Part shown: in pieces, positions 1-12,034 of the stretch
Layout: every line of letters starts with the position of its first letter
Position numbering within the stretch: the first letter of the stretch is position 1
Assembly: GCF_001194135.2 (NCBI RefSeq)
Contig: NC_068983.1
Coordinates: 39,149,754-39,187,924 of the forward strand
Direction: 5' to 3'
Source: Octopus bimaculoides
Taxonomy: Eukaryota
Length of the DNA: 38,171 nucleotides
Position numbers and translations under genes: made by a program
The notes under the pieces: model-generated
Databases searched by the model: none
Told to the model about the DNA's origin: nothing
The model's input: only the letters and a program-made list of their open reading frames with translations

Positions 1-34
<34 letters not shown>

Positions 35-625
35 TATATATAAACATATATATATATATGAGAAAGATAGTCGAATAGACATCAAAATACTCTAGAGCTT
101 TGGTGCTCAATTATATTTCCTTTGGTTTACCTAAAGATTCTTTACACAAGTTAAGATCTATAGAATTACAAATAGATGCGTAAATAAGTGCGTATGCTAA
201 CAGGCTGGATCACAGTCTGCAGAAAAAGATTTCTGACATGTTGCCTCATATCAGAAATAAATAAAATCTTTTGTATTAAAGTCAAAAGCTTTTGGGTTTC
301 AAACTTGTTTCCAAAGTGTCTCCCTTTTGTCTTCTCTTCCATTAGTGTTCATGAAGAAAGAAAACACAAAGAATGAAAAGCAGAAATACATGTGTGCGCT
401 TGTGTGTGTGTGTGTGATTGTGTTTGTGTTTGTTATATGCGTCTATGTGTATGTTCGTTATATGCAAACATACGTATATACCTGTGTGTTTGAAAGAAAC
501 ATTACGATTTCTTGATTACCTTGTTCTGTTCTTTATTTACTTTATAATTTAATACACTTATCTTCTTGTGCATGTATGACAGATTATTTAATCTGAGATT
601 ATTTGTTGAAAGTAAAACTGCCAGC

Positions 626-805
626 AGGTACAGACATGGCTGTGTGGTAAGAAGTTTGCTTCGCAACCATATGGTTCTCGGTTCAGTCCCACTGGATGGC
701 ACTTTGGGCAAGTATCTTCTACAACAGCCTTGGGCTAGTGTAGCATACCATGAATAGCCTTGGGCCATTGTTAGACAGAAACTGAAAGAAGCCCATCATG
801 TATAA

Positions 806-856
<51 letters not shown>

Positions 857-1165
857 NNNNNNNNNNATTTGGCAGAGTTTCTACAGCTGGATGCCCTTCC
901 TAATGCCAACCACTCCGAGAGTGTAGTGGGTGCTTTTACGTGCCGCCGGCACGAAGGCCAGTCAGGAGGTACTGGCAATGGCCACGCTCGAAATGGTGTA
1001 TTTTACGTGCCACCTGCACAAGAGCCACACACGTACATATATATACATATATATGTATATATATATATAAATGTATACATACATATATATGCACACAGAC
1101 ACATTGCAGATTACCATGAATAACCTTGGGCTATTGTTAGACGGAAACTGAAAGAAGTCCATCAT

Positions 1166-1224
<59 letters not shown>

Positions 1225-1346
1225 CTGTGTGTGTTTGTTTGTTTGCCCCCCCACCACCTGGGAATCGATTCATTCAGTTAAAAATTCCTCAAGGTGGTAC
1301 CCCAGTATGGCTGCAGTCTAATGACTGAAACAAGTAAAAGATAAAA
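626..1346 (+). mobile_element. Family A SINE with a partial internal duplication and a nested family C SINE fragment
   Basis: Head at 626-803. Duplicated segment 746-803 / 1112-1169. Tail at ~1221-1346. Family C fragment at 867-1030 on the minus strand. Confidence 0.75.
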
Positions 1347-3003
1347 GAGGAAAAATACTCTATCATGGTAGAGTCATATCACCCATTTAAAATACAGAAC
1401 CCCCATGGGTAGTTGATTACATTAATCTTAATATCTGTCAGGTACTTTATTGTATCTACACTGAAAGGATGAAAGGTAAAGTTGAATGCAAAGAGCTGGA
1501 CAGGATACTGCCAAGCATTTTATTCAACACACGCGTGATTTTACTAGCTTATTGCTTCATTTTGTAATAATAATACTAGCATCAAAAAGAAATCTTTAAT
1601 TGAACCTTTGTGAGTTGGTACTGATAATCTACTGTCTTTTGTTTGTTTCTTTAATGATTTCTTAACTCTTGATGAACTCGTAGGGACATAGATGTAACTT
1701 GGTCTGGGTATTTTAATTTGGTGAGGTTCATTCTTCTCCAGGTCTGATATATCTTGTTTGTAGTCTGTTGCTGGCCAGTTCTTATTTTGGGTCCTGACTG
1801 TAACAAGCATTATCTCTTTGCATTTTACATTTTATGCAATGTGCACATGCTTGTAACCTTATGTGTGTGTGTGAGCTATTTTCACCAAAACATTGGCCAG
1901 AATTAGCTAATACTTATATATCATTTGGTTTCCATTGTTAAGTTTATTGAAGATTATTTTGAATATTAGGGCCTAGACTTCAAACTCCTTATAAACCCTT
2001 CCAATACAGCTGAGTATCTGAAAAAGACCACACTTATGTGAAAACTTGTGAATGCCTTTCCATGCTCCTGAAGTTCAAATGCAACGAATTCCAGATGAAG
2101 CTGTTAATAAAGACAGTTATGTTGAAGACAAAGAAAATCCTGTAGAGAGCCTTACAAAGGATTGTATAGAATGAAGAATTAACTGGTAGCTAAGATGAAG
2201 ATGGAATTTTTCTACTTTTGGGAAATTTTTGCAAATTTTCCTATATAGTTTTACTTTTTGAACTTATTTTTTGTTTAAATTCTATGATAATTCATATATA
2301 TATATAAAAACATAAACTATCAACTAAAACAGAAAGTTAGGATCAGAGGTTATAGCACAATGTGAACATTATGAGAATGACATAATTTTATATATTAAAT
2401 ATACTTCAACAATTTCAAAGTTTTTAGAAAATATCCATTTCAAAAGTATTAAAAGATGTGACACGAACTGAGATAAAAGCAATATCTTAATGATAATTGC
2501 CATCATTACCACCATCATCATAACTGTCATCACCATTGCCATTATCATCATCATCATCACCACCACCCACTCCCACAGCTACCATTTAACGCTTGATTTG
2601 AATGCTGGCATGGAAAGTATGGGTGTGTCTGTCATTCACCATATTTTCATTCATTTTGGTCCTGAGTCATATACAAAAATATTGTTATCATCTGATTTTT
2701 ATAATGAAATAAGATTTGCTATGAAGTAATATAGCCATGTGAACTGATTTCTTTGAAATAAATAGAACAATGAATAATAGGGTTACACCTTATTTTGATA
2801 AATTTAATAATCAACATACTAGATGTTTCTGTGAATGCAAAAATATTGCTGTTTTGCTGTAATATGTAAGGGGTGGGGAGAAGGAAGAAAACAAAACACA
2901 AGTTTTGATAAAAATCTAATCAGATTCAGAAATGAGAAATATGACATGTGACAATCAATGAATGCTTGAGCGCTAAATTCAGCTCTAGTCAAGAGATAAA
3001 GCT

Positions 3004-3041
<38 letters not shown>

Positions 3042-3402
3042 CTGTTGCCATTACCACCATCATCACTTGCCACCACCACCACCACCACCACCACCACTGT
3101 TTTAATGTTTACTTTTCCATGCTCACATGAGTCAGATGGAATTCGTTGAGGCAAGATTTCTATGGCTGGATACCCTTCCTGTTGCCAACCCTCACCTGTT
3201 TCCATGTAAGGTAATACTCCCCTTGGCTGGACATGTTTCTTTTGGAAGACTGGAAGTGAATGACACTGCTGACATAGTGATGACACTAGCTGACAAACAG
3301 TCACATGATGTCAGAACAAGGAGACACTCAGCCTCTATCTACCAAATCCACACAGGAGGAGTGAATAGAACACGATTGATTATGTGCCAATTTCATTATT
3401 TA

Positions 3403-3558
3403 AGATAACTAGGAAAGCATGAAGTAGACAAAGTGATAGTTTCTCTCTTAAAATATAATGAGTGTGTTTTCCAGCTGACATCTTGCTTCCTCTTTCATAA
3501 AGTCTCTGAGCTGGTCTGGCTTCAATTAACTATAATGAGAATCAATATCAAGAAAATG
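3403..3558 (+). repeat. ~155-bp dispersed repeat, copy 1 (inverted relative to 33526-33681)
   Basis: Near-identical (about 90% or more by eye) to the reverse complement of 33526-33681. It includes an identical run GTGATAGTTTCTCTCTTAAAATATAATGAGTGTGTTTTCCAGCTGACATCTTGCT. Confidence 0.9.
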
Positions 3559-3559
3559 G

Positions 3560-3780
3560 TAGGGCGTTAAGCTGGCAGAAACGTTAGCATGCCGGGCAAA
3601 ATGCTAAGCTGTATTTCATCTGTCTTTACGTTCTGAGTTCAAATTCCGCCAAGGTCAACTTTGCCTTTTATCCTTTCGGGGTCAATAAATTAAGTACCAG
3701 TTACATACCGGGGTCGATCTAACCGATTGGCCCCCTCCCCAAAAATTTTGGGCTTTGGGCCTAGAGTAGAAAAAAGAATT
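3560..3780 (+). mobile_element. tRNA-headed SINE family B (central domain resembles the Meta domain); other single copies at ~1400-1555 -, 10200-10395 +, 28661-28890 +, 37730-37945 +
   Basis: GCTGGCAGAAACGTTAGCATGCCGGGC...GAGTTCAAATTCC (B-box-like), followed by TTGCCTTT.ATCCTTTCGGGGTC.ATAAATTAAGTACCAG. The Meta assignment is from memory of the consensus and is unverified. Confidence 0.75.
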
Positions 3781-3833
3781 TCTTTATTTAAGCCATTGCC
3801 TTTTTTTATTAATTTCCATAAAAATTTTAACAT

Positions 3834-4858
3834 AGGTGCAGGAGTGGCTGTGTGGTAAGTAGCTTGCTTACCAACCACATGGTTCTGAGTTCAGTCCCAC
3901 TGTGGGGCACTTTGGGCAAGTGTTTTCTACTATAGCCTCAGGCCGACCAAAGCCTTGTGGGTGGATTTGGTAGACGGAAAGTGAAANNNNNNNNNNNNNN
4001 NNNNNNNNNNNNNNNNNNNNNNNNNNNNNNNNNNNNNNNNNNNNNNNNNNNNNNNNNNNNNNNNNNNNNNNNNNNNNNNNNNNNNNNNNNNNNNNNNNNN
4101 NNNNNNNNNNNNNNNNNNNNNNNNNNNNNNNNNNNNNNNNNNNNNNNNNNNNNNNNNNNNNNNNNNNNNNNNNNNNNNNNNNNNNNNNNNNNNNNNNNNN
4201 NNNNNNNNNNNNNNNNNNNNNNNNNNNNNNNNNNNNNNNNNNNNNNNNNNNNNNNNNNNNNNNNNNNNNNNNNNNNNNNNNNNNNNNNNNNNNNNNNNNN
4301 NNNNNNNNNNNNNNNNNNNNNNNNNNNNNNNNNNNNNNNNNNNNNNNNNNNNNNNNNNNNNNNNNNNNNNNNNNNNNNNNNNNNNNNNNNNNNNNNNNNN
4401 NNNNNNNNNNNNNNNNNNNNNNNNNNNNNNNNNNNNNNNNNNNNNNNNNNNNNNNNNNNNNNNNNNNNNNNNNNNNNNNNNNNNNNNNNNNNNNNNNNNN
4501 NNNNNNNNNNNNNNNNNNNNNNNNNNNNNNNNNNNNNNNNNNNNNNNNNNNNNNNNNNNNNNNNNNNNNNNNNNNNNNNNNNNNNNNNNNNNNNNNNNNN
4601 NNNNNNNNNNNNNNNNNNNNNNNNNNNNNNNNNNATATATATATATATATATATATATATACTAGCAGTATAACCCGACCTTGCTTGACAACTGATGCTG
4701 GTGTGTTTACGTCCCCATAACTTAGTGGTTTGGTAAAAGAGGCTGATAGAATAAATACCAAGCTTACAAACAATAGGTCCTGTGGGTGTCGATTTGTTCG
4801 ACTAAAGGCAGTGCTCCAGCATGGCTGCAGTCAAATGACTGAAACCAGTAAGAAAATA
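3834..4858 (+). mobile_element. Family A SINE spanning an assembly gap at its internal (TA)n
   Basis: Head at 3834-3986, tail at 4635-4858, both collinear with 22176-22606. Confidence 0.8.
3987..4634. other. Assembly gap (others: 857-866, 9054-9063, 9659-9767, 11413-11814, 12522-12804, 13748-14247, 30477-30919)
   Basis: Runs of N, mostly adjacent to (TA)n or poly-A. Confidence 1.
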
Positions 4859-5185
4859 ACAGAATCATTGAAATTATTTTCTTAATTCCAAATTATTTAT
4901 AAAAATATCTGTTTGTATTGGAAGAGTTTATTTAATGGAAAGGAATCTCTGAATTGAAGGCTTTGGGAGTAACAGGTGGTGAAGACTTATCCTCTTCTAA
5001 TAAATTCATCTAGGATTGGTTGAAACTAAAATAGACGCAGCTGCTAATATTTAAATGCGGAGGCTATTATGATACTTTAGTATTTTGTGCTTGTGTGTTT
5101 GACTATGTATGTGTGTGTGCATGCACTCACATTTTTATGTTAGTGACTTTGTTAAATTTGACCTACAGACACTTAATCCTTTCAA

Positions 5186-5222
<37 letters not shown>

Positions 5223-5231
5223 TCTTTTATA

Positions 5232-5433
5232 TATTTTTATGTATATAATTATAAAGACATAATTATTGTTCAGGGCTACTGGAAATGACCAGCGCCAATG
5301 CTAGAAATAGGTGTCAGATACCTACAATTACTCTACAATTTGTTCTCTATATTCAACATGACTAGCAGTGGCGCTGGTCATTTCCAGTAGCTCTTAACTA
5401 TAATTATATCTTTATGATTTTATACATAAAATA
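5232..5433. repeat. Fold-back (MITE-like) inverted repeat
   Basis: Perfect 23-bp inverted repeat GCTACTGGAAATGACCAGCGCCA (5275-5297 vs 5369-5391) inside ~72-bp imperfect arms (5232-5304 vs 5362-5433), with a ~57-bp spacer. Confidence 0.85.
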
Positions 5434-5517
5434 ATGCATGTTACCTGTATGGTCATTTTTAGGTGCTAGGCCACTGATATAATCATTTTACGATTATATC
5501 CTTATCTTATATATATA

Positions 5518-5748
5518 CAGTAATTTCTTGCCATATCGCAGTTTACCTATCGCAGTTTATTATTTAAGCTTATGTCAATTTCTCTGTGGTGTTGTTTTGC
5601 ATTTATAATAAAATAAATATTTACAAATTATAAAAATGATATTAAAAAATATACAGTACAGCACTGTTTCTACTTTGGGAATTGTCACCTGTTGCGGGGG
5701 GTGGGGTGGGGGTTGAATGTAATACCCACAATAGTCAAAGGATTACTG
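5518..5748. mobile_element. Tc1/mariner-pogo (Tigger-like) MITE
   Basis: Ends TA|CAGTAATTTCTTGCCATATCGC and ...CACAATAGTCAAGGGATTACTG|TA, i.e. imperfect CAGTAAT... TIRs with a TA TSD. Confidence 0.8.
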
Positions 5749-5749
5749 T

Positions 5750-5764
5750 ATATACATCTATCTG

Positions 5765-5815
<51 letters not shown>

Positions 5816-5844
5816 ATATATGTATGTGTGTATGTGTGTGTGTG

Positions 5845-5889
<45 letters not shown>

Positions 5890-6070
5890 TTATGTATGTA
5901 TATATGTATGTGTATGCCTGTGTGTGTGTATATATATATATAAACATTAATTAATTAATAAAATCTAGTTAATAAAATCAGAATGTCAAGCCGTGTGTGT
6001 GTATAAGTATATGTATGTATATATGTATGTATGTGTGTATGTGCACACATACACACACATAGAAATATGC
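5750..6070. repeat. Compound microsatellite (TATC)n-(TA)n-(TG)n; similar compound tracts at 1-60, 800-856, 2490-2570, 3005-3097, 6590-6660, 8500-8570, 8935-9235, 15488-15525, 23797-23842, 24505-24640, 24920-25085, 32545-32595
   Basis: Simple sequence repeats visible directly. Confidence 0.95.
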
Positions 6071-6621
6071 ACACATATATGCTAAGCAGAGACTTTATGT
6101 CTTGGGGTCTTTGATGTGTTTCTGCTATACATCACTCTTACACTCGGTAGTAGAGAAACATTCCAAATAGAATTGGCCTGGAATTTCAGAAGAATTGGAG
6201 CAAAATATCTTAAGAAGTGTTTCTGTCAATCATTTTATTCAGCTGTTATAATATTTATGGTTTATCAATTAAAAAAAAAAAAAACGAAAGTAGAAAAAAT
6301 TACACTTATTTGGTGGTGTCATAAAATGGTCGCATCTCACTGGATATAACCAATAAAAGACTTTCTCCTTAGTTCAGAAACCTTAAGTTCAACCAAGTTA
6401 TTTAATTTGTCTTTTAGATTTATTTTGTAGACACATAGTGTGTGACTATTGAGTGTTTGAAGTTGTGTGTGTGTATTAATATGCATTTGTAGCTCTGAAT
6501 GTATTGCCTTATTTTTCATGTGCATCCATGCATTCATATAATAGTATTTACATGAAATTTTTTTCCTGAATATCCACAAATATTCTTATATTCTGTGTGT
6601 GTGTGTGTGTGTGTGTGCGTG

Positions 6622-6657
<36 letters not shown>

Positions 6658-7669
6658 TGTGAACACAGCCTATCTTAAATACTGCACTCGGTATGATTAC
6701 TAGAATATGCAGTTTTGTCTGTAGAGATTTATTGTTTTTCTTTTCATCAAATAACTTTTCAAAAAGAAATACCCTTCATTTAGTTAATTACCAATTAATT
6801 ATCTTGTTCAATAAATTATTTATTATTTCAAGCTTTTAATTTGCCCTATGGCTACACAACCTGATTGCTACTCCTGTACATATGGCCATATAAATACTAA
6901 CATTCATTGGTTGTTCTGTACTGATAGTATAATGAACTTTACTATTTCCTTGTTCAGATAACATTAAACATTTAATTAACAATTACATAGCTCCAGAAGC
7001 AGTATTAATACCAAACAGTAATTTCTATCTCCATTTAAAAGTGGGTGTTGTTAGAACACAAAATACTGCAATCTCTCATAAGCACTCTTGTTTATATCGC
7101 TAGTGGGAGATAAATTGACCACCATTGCCACTGCTGGCACTTCCAGATCATATGATTTTAGCCTTCCTTGTCATTGCTAGATGCCTGACTGCTGAAAATA
7201 ACAGCGATATCACTGCTAGCAATATTCATAGAATCTCAGTGCCTAATCTGGCACTGATGTTGCAAATACCCATCAGGGTTATTAAGAAATATTTTAATGA
7301 TGGTGAGAGTTGGTTTTAGGAAGAAAATTCTGCTTTCATCAGGAGAATTCAAGATGGTTTCATATTTCTTAATCACCTGTTTGAGAAATGCATAGATTAG
7401 ACAAGAGAAAGGCTGTACCTATGACCTTTGGAAACCCTCAAAGACCTGTAAGGCTGAGTTGATTTATATTCAGCTTGAAATGTATCTGAAAGTTGTCAAC
7501 TGCAGGAAAAAATGCTTAAGAAGAGAGAATTGAGTGTAAGGAAGAAACAGAGATAGAGAGGTAGATAGAAAGAGAGGAGATAGGAAGGGAAAAACAAAGA
7601 AGGAAGAACATATGTATTCTTGTGCACCTGTGTGTGTATGTGTGTGTGTGTGTGTGTGAATTAGGTTTT

Positions 7670-8095
7670 CTTTTTGTTGTTTCGATGGTGGAGGTAATGA
7701 TTCTTGACTGTTACATGACCTTTCAGGAGGTGGTCAAACTACTTGACCATCAGATGACCTCTTAAGAGGTGAGGAAATATGCTTGATCTCTGGTGATTGA
7801 AGGATAACAACTTGGTGATGAAAGAATTAAAGGTTACAGTTCTGAGGAAGAAAGATTGAACTAGTGTGTACTGTGGGGAGCAATGGCTAAGGCAAGATAT
7901 TGTAGATATGACAAGGATAGACTGGCCAGTTGGGTGGTAGTAATTGTAGTGGTGTTGCTTTCTGGTTGAGAGAAGCAGACACTGTTATAGTGGCTGTGTA
8001 AAAGACAAAGGCAAGTACTGGATGTTCATGAGTGAGGGCTTGCAGTGGATTGGTGAGTGCTTACCAATCTGCCTTGGGGTAATTTTGTGATGTTA
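7670..8095 (-). mobile_element. Decayed CR1/Jockey-like LINE, 3' end
   Basis: Minus-strand frames give LQALTHEHPVLAFVFY and QSFFLRTVTFNS, resembling the ORF2 C-terminal LQPL.HRR.VA.L..FY and SFFPRT..LWNSLP motifs. A-rich end near 7670. Confidence 0.5.
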
Positions 8096-8506
8096 CCCCG
8101 GGATACTCATGTGAATGTGTATGTATATATACATACATAGATACACACACACGCACACACGAAAGAGAATTTGAAAATGCAGAGGTCTTTTAAAGATGTT
8201 TATTGACTTCACTGGTTTCACTTTCTTTTAAAATAAGATTTTCAAAAGTAAAGTGCAAGGCTTTGTGTAGCCTTTGTGGTGTTAAAATTTAGTTAACATA
8301 TATGTATTAAAATACAGTTGATAGAGTCTTTGACTATGATAAGAAAATGTTAAGAGAGGCTTTGTGTTTAAACAGTTTACATAAAAGTGTTCAAAATAGG
8401 TAAGTAAAATAAGTTTATAATTGTTTATAAGGATTTTAGAGGAATGACCAACCATTTTTCTTCATCTCCAGTCTTGTATCTATCTCTGTCTGTCTGCTTG
8501 TCAATA

Positions 8507-8573
<67 letters not shown>

Positions 8574-10459
8574 GAAAATAAACAGAAAGAATAAAAAAAC
8601 TTGTGGGTTTAGTAATCAAGTATGGCGACTGTAATTTCAGATTGTACCTGTAATTTCAAAGGACTAGCCTTGTCATACCCTGTGTCATTGAATATCTCTG
8701 AGAACAAGGTTAAGGATATGTATGTCTGTGGTGTGCTTAGCCACTTGCACATCCATGTTACAGCAACAAGGGTTCCAGTTGATCCAATCAATGAAACTGC
8801 CTGCTTGTGACATTAATGTGCAGGTAGGTGTCTTGCTCAGGGACACAATACGTTGCTGGGAATTGAACTCACAACTTTACGATCATGAGCCAAATACCCA
8901 CACCACTAAGCCATACACCATCATACATATATGTATGTTGTATGTATGTATGTGTATTTATCTATCTATCTATCTATCTATATATATATATATAGATATA
9001 GATAGATATAGATAAATATCTATATTTTATATATATATATACATATATATATANNNNNNNNNNAATACATTATATATATACATATATATATGATACATTA
9101 TATATGCACATATATTGTATATATGTACATACACATACCCATATATATTATATATATAATACATTATATATGTGTGTATGTGTTTACACACACACATACA
9201 CACTCACACACATACACACACACACACACACACATTTGTTGAGTGTAAATGATAATTCTGTGAATTTTCCTGAAATATCGGCAGTGAGAGCAATTATGAG
9301 ATTCTGTGGTGGAGGAATATTTAGCAGTTCCTTATCAGAATTGGATTAAATGTTAATAATTTCAAAAGTGAGTCATCCTGGCAATATAATGGAATATTGG
9401 TGTTTCAGTTCTTTCAGATGGAGCTGAATTCCTGCATATATAGCTGCCAGTAGGATGACTTGTCAGAAATACCCCATTCCTCCTCTATTTGTCACCATCT
9501 TCCTTCCCTAGTTTTTTTTTTTCATATTTTCTACTTTCACTTTCTCTTGAATATTTTCCTATATTGCTATATACATTATTTCTTTTATTTGCAAAACCCT
9601 TCCCTACCTTTTGCTTTATACACTCCTATTTTACAATACAGTATTATTTTCTTAAATANNNNNNNNNNNNNNNNNNNNNNNNNNNNNNNNNNNNNNNNNN
9701 NNNNNNNNNNNNNNNNNNNNNNNNNNNNNNNNNNNNNNNNNNNNNNNNNNNNNNNNNNNNNNNNNNNATATAATATAATATAATATATAAATATAATAAA
9801 TAAATATATACAAAACCTTACCTTGATGTAATTTGTAATTCTACTGAATAGATTAGTTTTAGCTCTCCTTTGTTCAAAGTCACTGATTACTCATAGCATG
9901 ACTCTATTTCAACAAGGCTCACACACAATTTGTGAAGTTTGCCAGGTGGGGCTATGGACATTCCATCCAGGATACAATATAGTGTGTGTTGTAGAAATAT
10001 AAAACCCATATTATTTGGTGGCTTCATGCACCTTTCAAAGAATGTTTTTTTTATAGATATATTGAACAATTTCTTTTTTTTTTTTTTTTTTTAACTGTAT
10101 TCTTCAAAGTACAGTATTCATAATCCAAGTAGGTTTATTTATTTGTTTATTTGTTTGTTGCATCCATTTGAAATACCATTTACATATAAGAAATGGTTAA
10201 CAGAATTGTTAGCACCCTAGGCAAAATGCTTAATGGAATTTCATCTTTCTCTACATTGTGATTTCAAATTCTGCAGGGGTTGACTTTCATCCTGTTGGGG
10301 GTGATAAAATAAGTAGCAGTTTAGTATGGGGTGGGGTGTAATCGACTTACTCATGCCCTAAAATTGCTGGTCTTGTGCCACAATTTGAAACCAATATAAG
10401 AAATGGTTAGAGATCCATTGGATGAAAAGTTTGGAAACTTTATCTGAGAGCTGATGAAT

Positions 10460-10658
10460 CAAACCAAGCCAAGCTGGGGGCACTGCCTTGAAGGGATTCA
10501 GTTGAATAAATCAACCCCAGGGCTTATTTTTTAAAGTCTGGCACTATTCTATTCATCTCTTTTACTGAACTGCTGAGTTACTGGGATGGAGTGGGTGCAC
10601 AAACAAACCAACAGTGACTGTCAAACAGGGTGGGGGTAGGGGAAAACACAAGCACAAA

Positions 10659-10702
<44 letters not shown>

Positions 10703-10860
10703 TGGTTGGTTTCCACCATATTTCTGTCCACCAAATCCACTCACAAGACATTGGTTAGCCTGAGGCTATACTAGAAGACACTTGCTCAAGGTGCCACACA
10801 GTGGGGCTGAACCTTCAACCACCACAGGGTTTCAAAGTGAGCTTCTTAACCACACACACA
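10460..10860 (-). mobile_element. Family A SINE
   Basis: Reverse complement of the family A head (…GAAGACACTTGCTCAAGGTGCCACACAGTGGGGCTGAACC) plus internal (CA)n and tail. Confidence 0.75.
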
Positions 10861-11186
10861 ATGCTTCCTGCTATGATAACAGCATTATAATTGCAACCAA
10901 GACAGATAATTGCTAAAGAACAATAAAAAAATAATTGCTGATTTATTGTTAGACAGTAGGATGTTTTTATTTTCTATGTTGCATTGTCAAACCTTTTCTC
11001 ATAAATTTGATTGAAGATTATTTTATTTTGTCTGCATTAGTCTTAGACAAATACTATATTTCATCTTAATTTTTTTTGCCTTGACCAAGCATAGGAATGC
11101 AGTATGCACCTCAAATGTTGGATCTATTACAACTCATATGAAGACTCAAATTAACAGCCCACATGCATGTACACACACTTTTGTAA

Positions 11187-11366
11187 CAGAAGTTTAACCC
11201 ACAGCATGAAAATTTCACAACATATACTTTGTTTTGTCGAAAAGTCTTGTCAGAGGCTGAAGTAGTAGATTTGGCTTGTTGCACACAACTATTTTAGCCC
11301 CTGGTAGGACCTTTGGGCAAACAAAGTAGATGTTGTCAGATTTTCATGTTGTGGATTAAAGTTCTG
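11187..11366. repeat. Imperfect inverted repeat (MITE-like)
   Basis: 11187-11234 CAGAAGTTTAACCCACAGCATGAAAATTTCACAACATATACTTTGTTT pairs with 11319-11366. Spacer ~85 bp; flanked by (CA)n and (TG)n. Confidence 0.75.
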
Positions 11367-11367
11367 A

Positions 11368-11412
<45 letters not shown>

Positions 11413-12034
11413 NNNNNNNNNNNNNNNNNNNNNNNNNNNNNNNNNNNNNNNNNNNNNNNNNNNNNNNNNNNNNNNNNNNNNNNNNNNNNNNNNNNNNNNN
11501 NNNNNNNNNNNNNNNNNNNNNNNNNNNNNNNNNNNNNNNNNNNNNNNNNNNNNNNNNNNNNNNNNNNNNNNNNNNNNNNNNNNNNNNNNNNNNNNNNNNN
11601 NNNNNNNNNNNNNNNNNNNNNNNNNNNNNNNNNNNNNNNNNNNNNNNNNNNNNNNNNNNNNNNNNNNNNNNNNNNNNNNNNNNNNNNNNNNNNNNNNNNN
11701 NNNNNNNNNNNNNNNNNNNNNNNNNNNNNNNNNNNNNNNNNNNNNNNNNNNNNNNNNNNNNNNNNNNNNNNNNNNNNNNNNNNNNNNNNNNNNNNNNNNN
11801 NNNNNNNNNNNNNNTTTGATAGCATTTTGTGTGTGTGTGTTTCTAAAACAAATTGTATTTCTTTAAAGAAAGTAGTGAAATTTCTTTAAAGAAGTAGTAA
11901 AACTTAGTTATTACTTTATTAAATCATTTTCCCATTGTAGCTTATTTTACAGTGTTTAAGTAGTTTCAGATGAAATTCTTCTAGAACTTGTGTAAACAAA
12001 CAGAATTTGTCATTCTCTGACTTGGTGCATCCAC

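Noticed and set aside
1544-1810. 88-aa minus-strand ORF with an acceptor-like TTGTTACAG, as a possible exon
   Set aside because: No convincing donor site and no recognisable homology. It cannot be supported without expression data.
7085-7390. Protein-like frames on both strands (e.g. minus AVIFSSQASSNDKEG)
   Set aside because: Interrupted by stops. At best a very old LINE linker fragment, too weak to call.
7700-7790. Possible hammerhead on the minus strand (CTGATGG-TCAAGTAGTTTGACC hairpin; palindrome ACCTCTTAAGAGGT)
   Set aside because: Lacks the CUGANGA consensus and a correctly spaced GAAA/UH. It lies in a decayed LINE 3' region.
9821-9881. Minus-strand exon candidate DFEQRRAKTNLFSRITNYIK with a strong donor AAG|GTAAGG
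   Set aside because: The acceptor lacks a polypyrimidine tract and upstream frames are closed. Plausibly chance.
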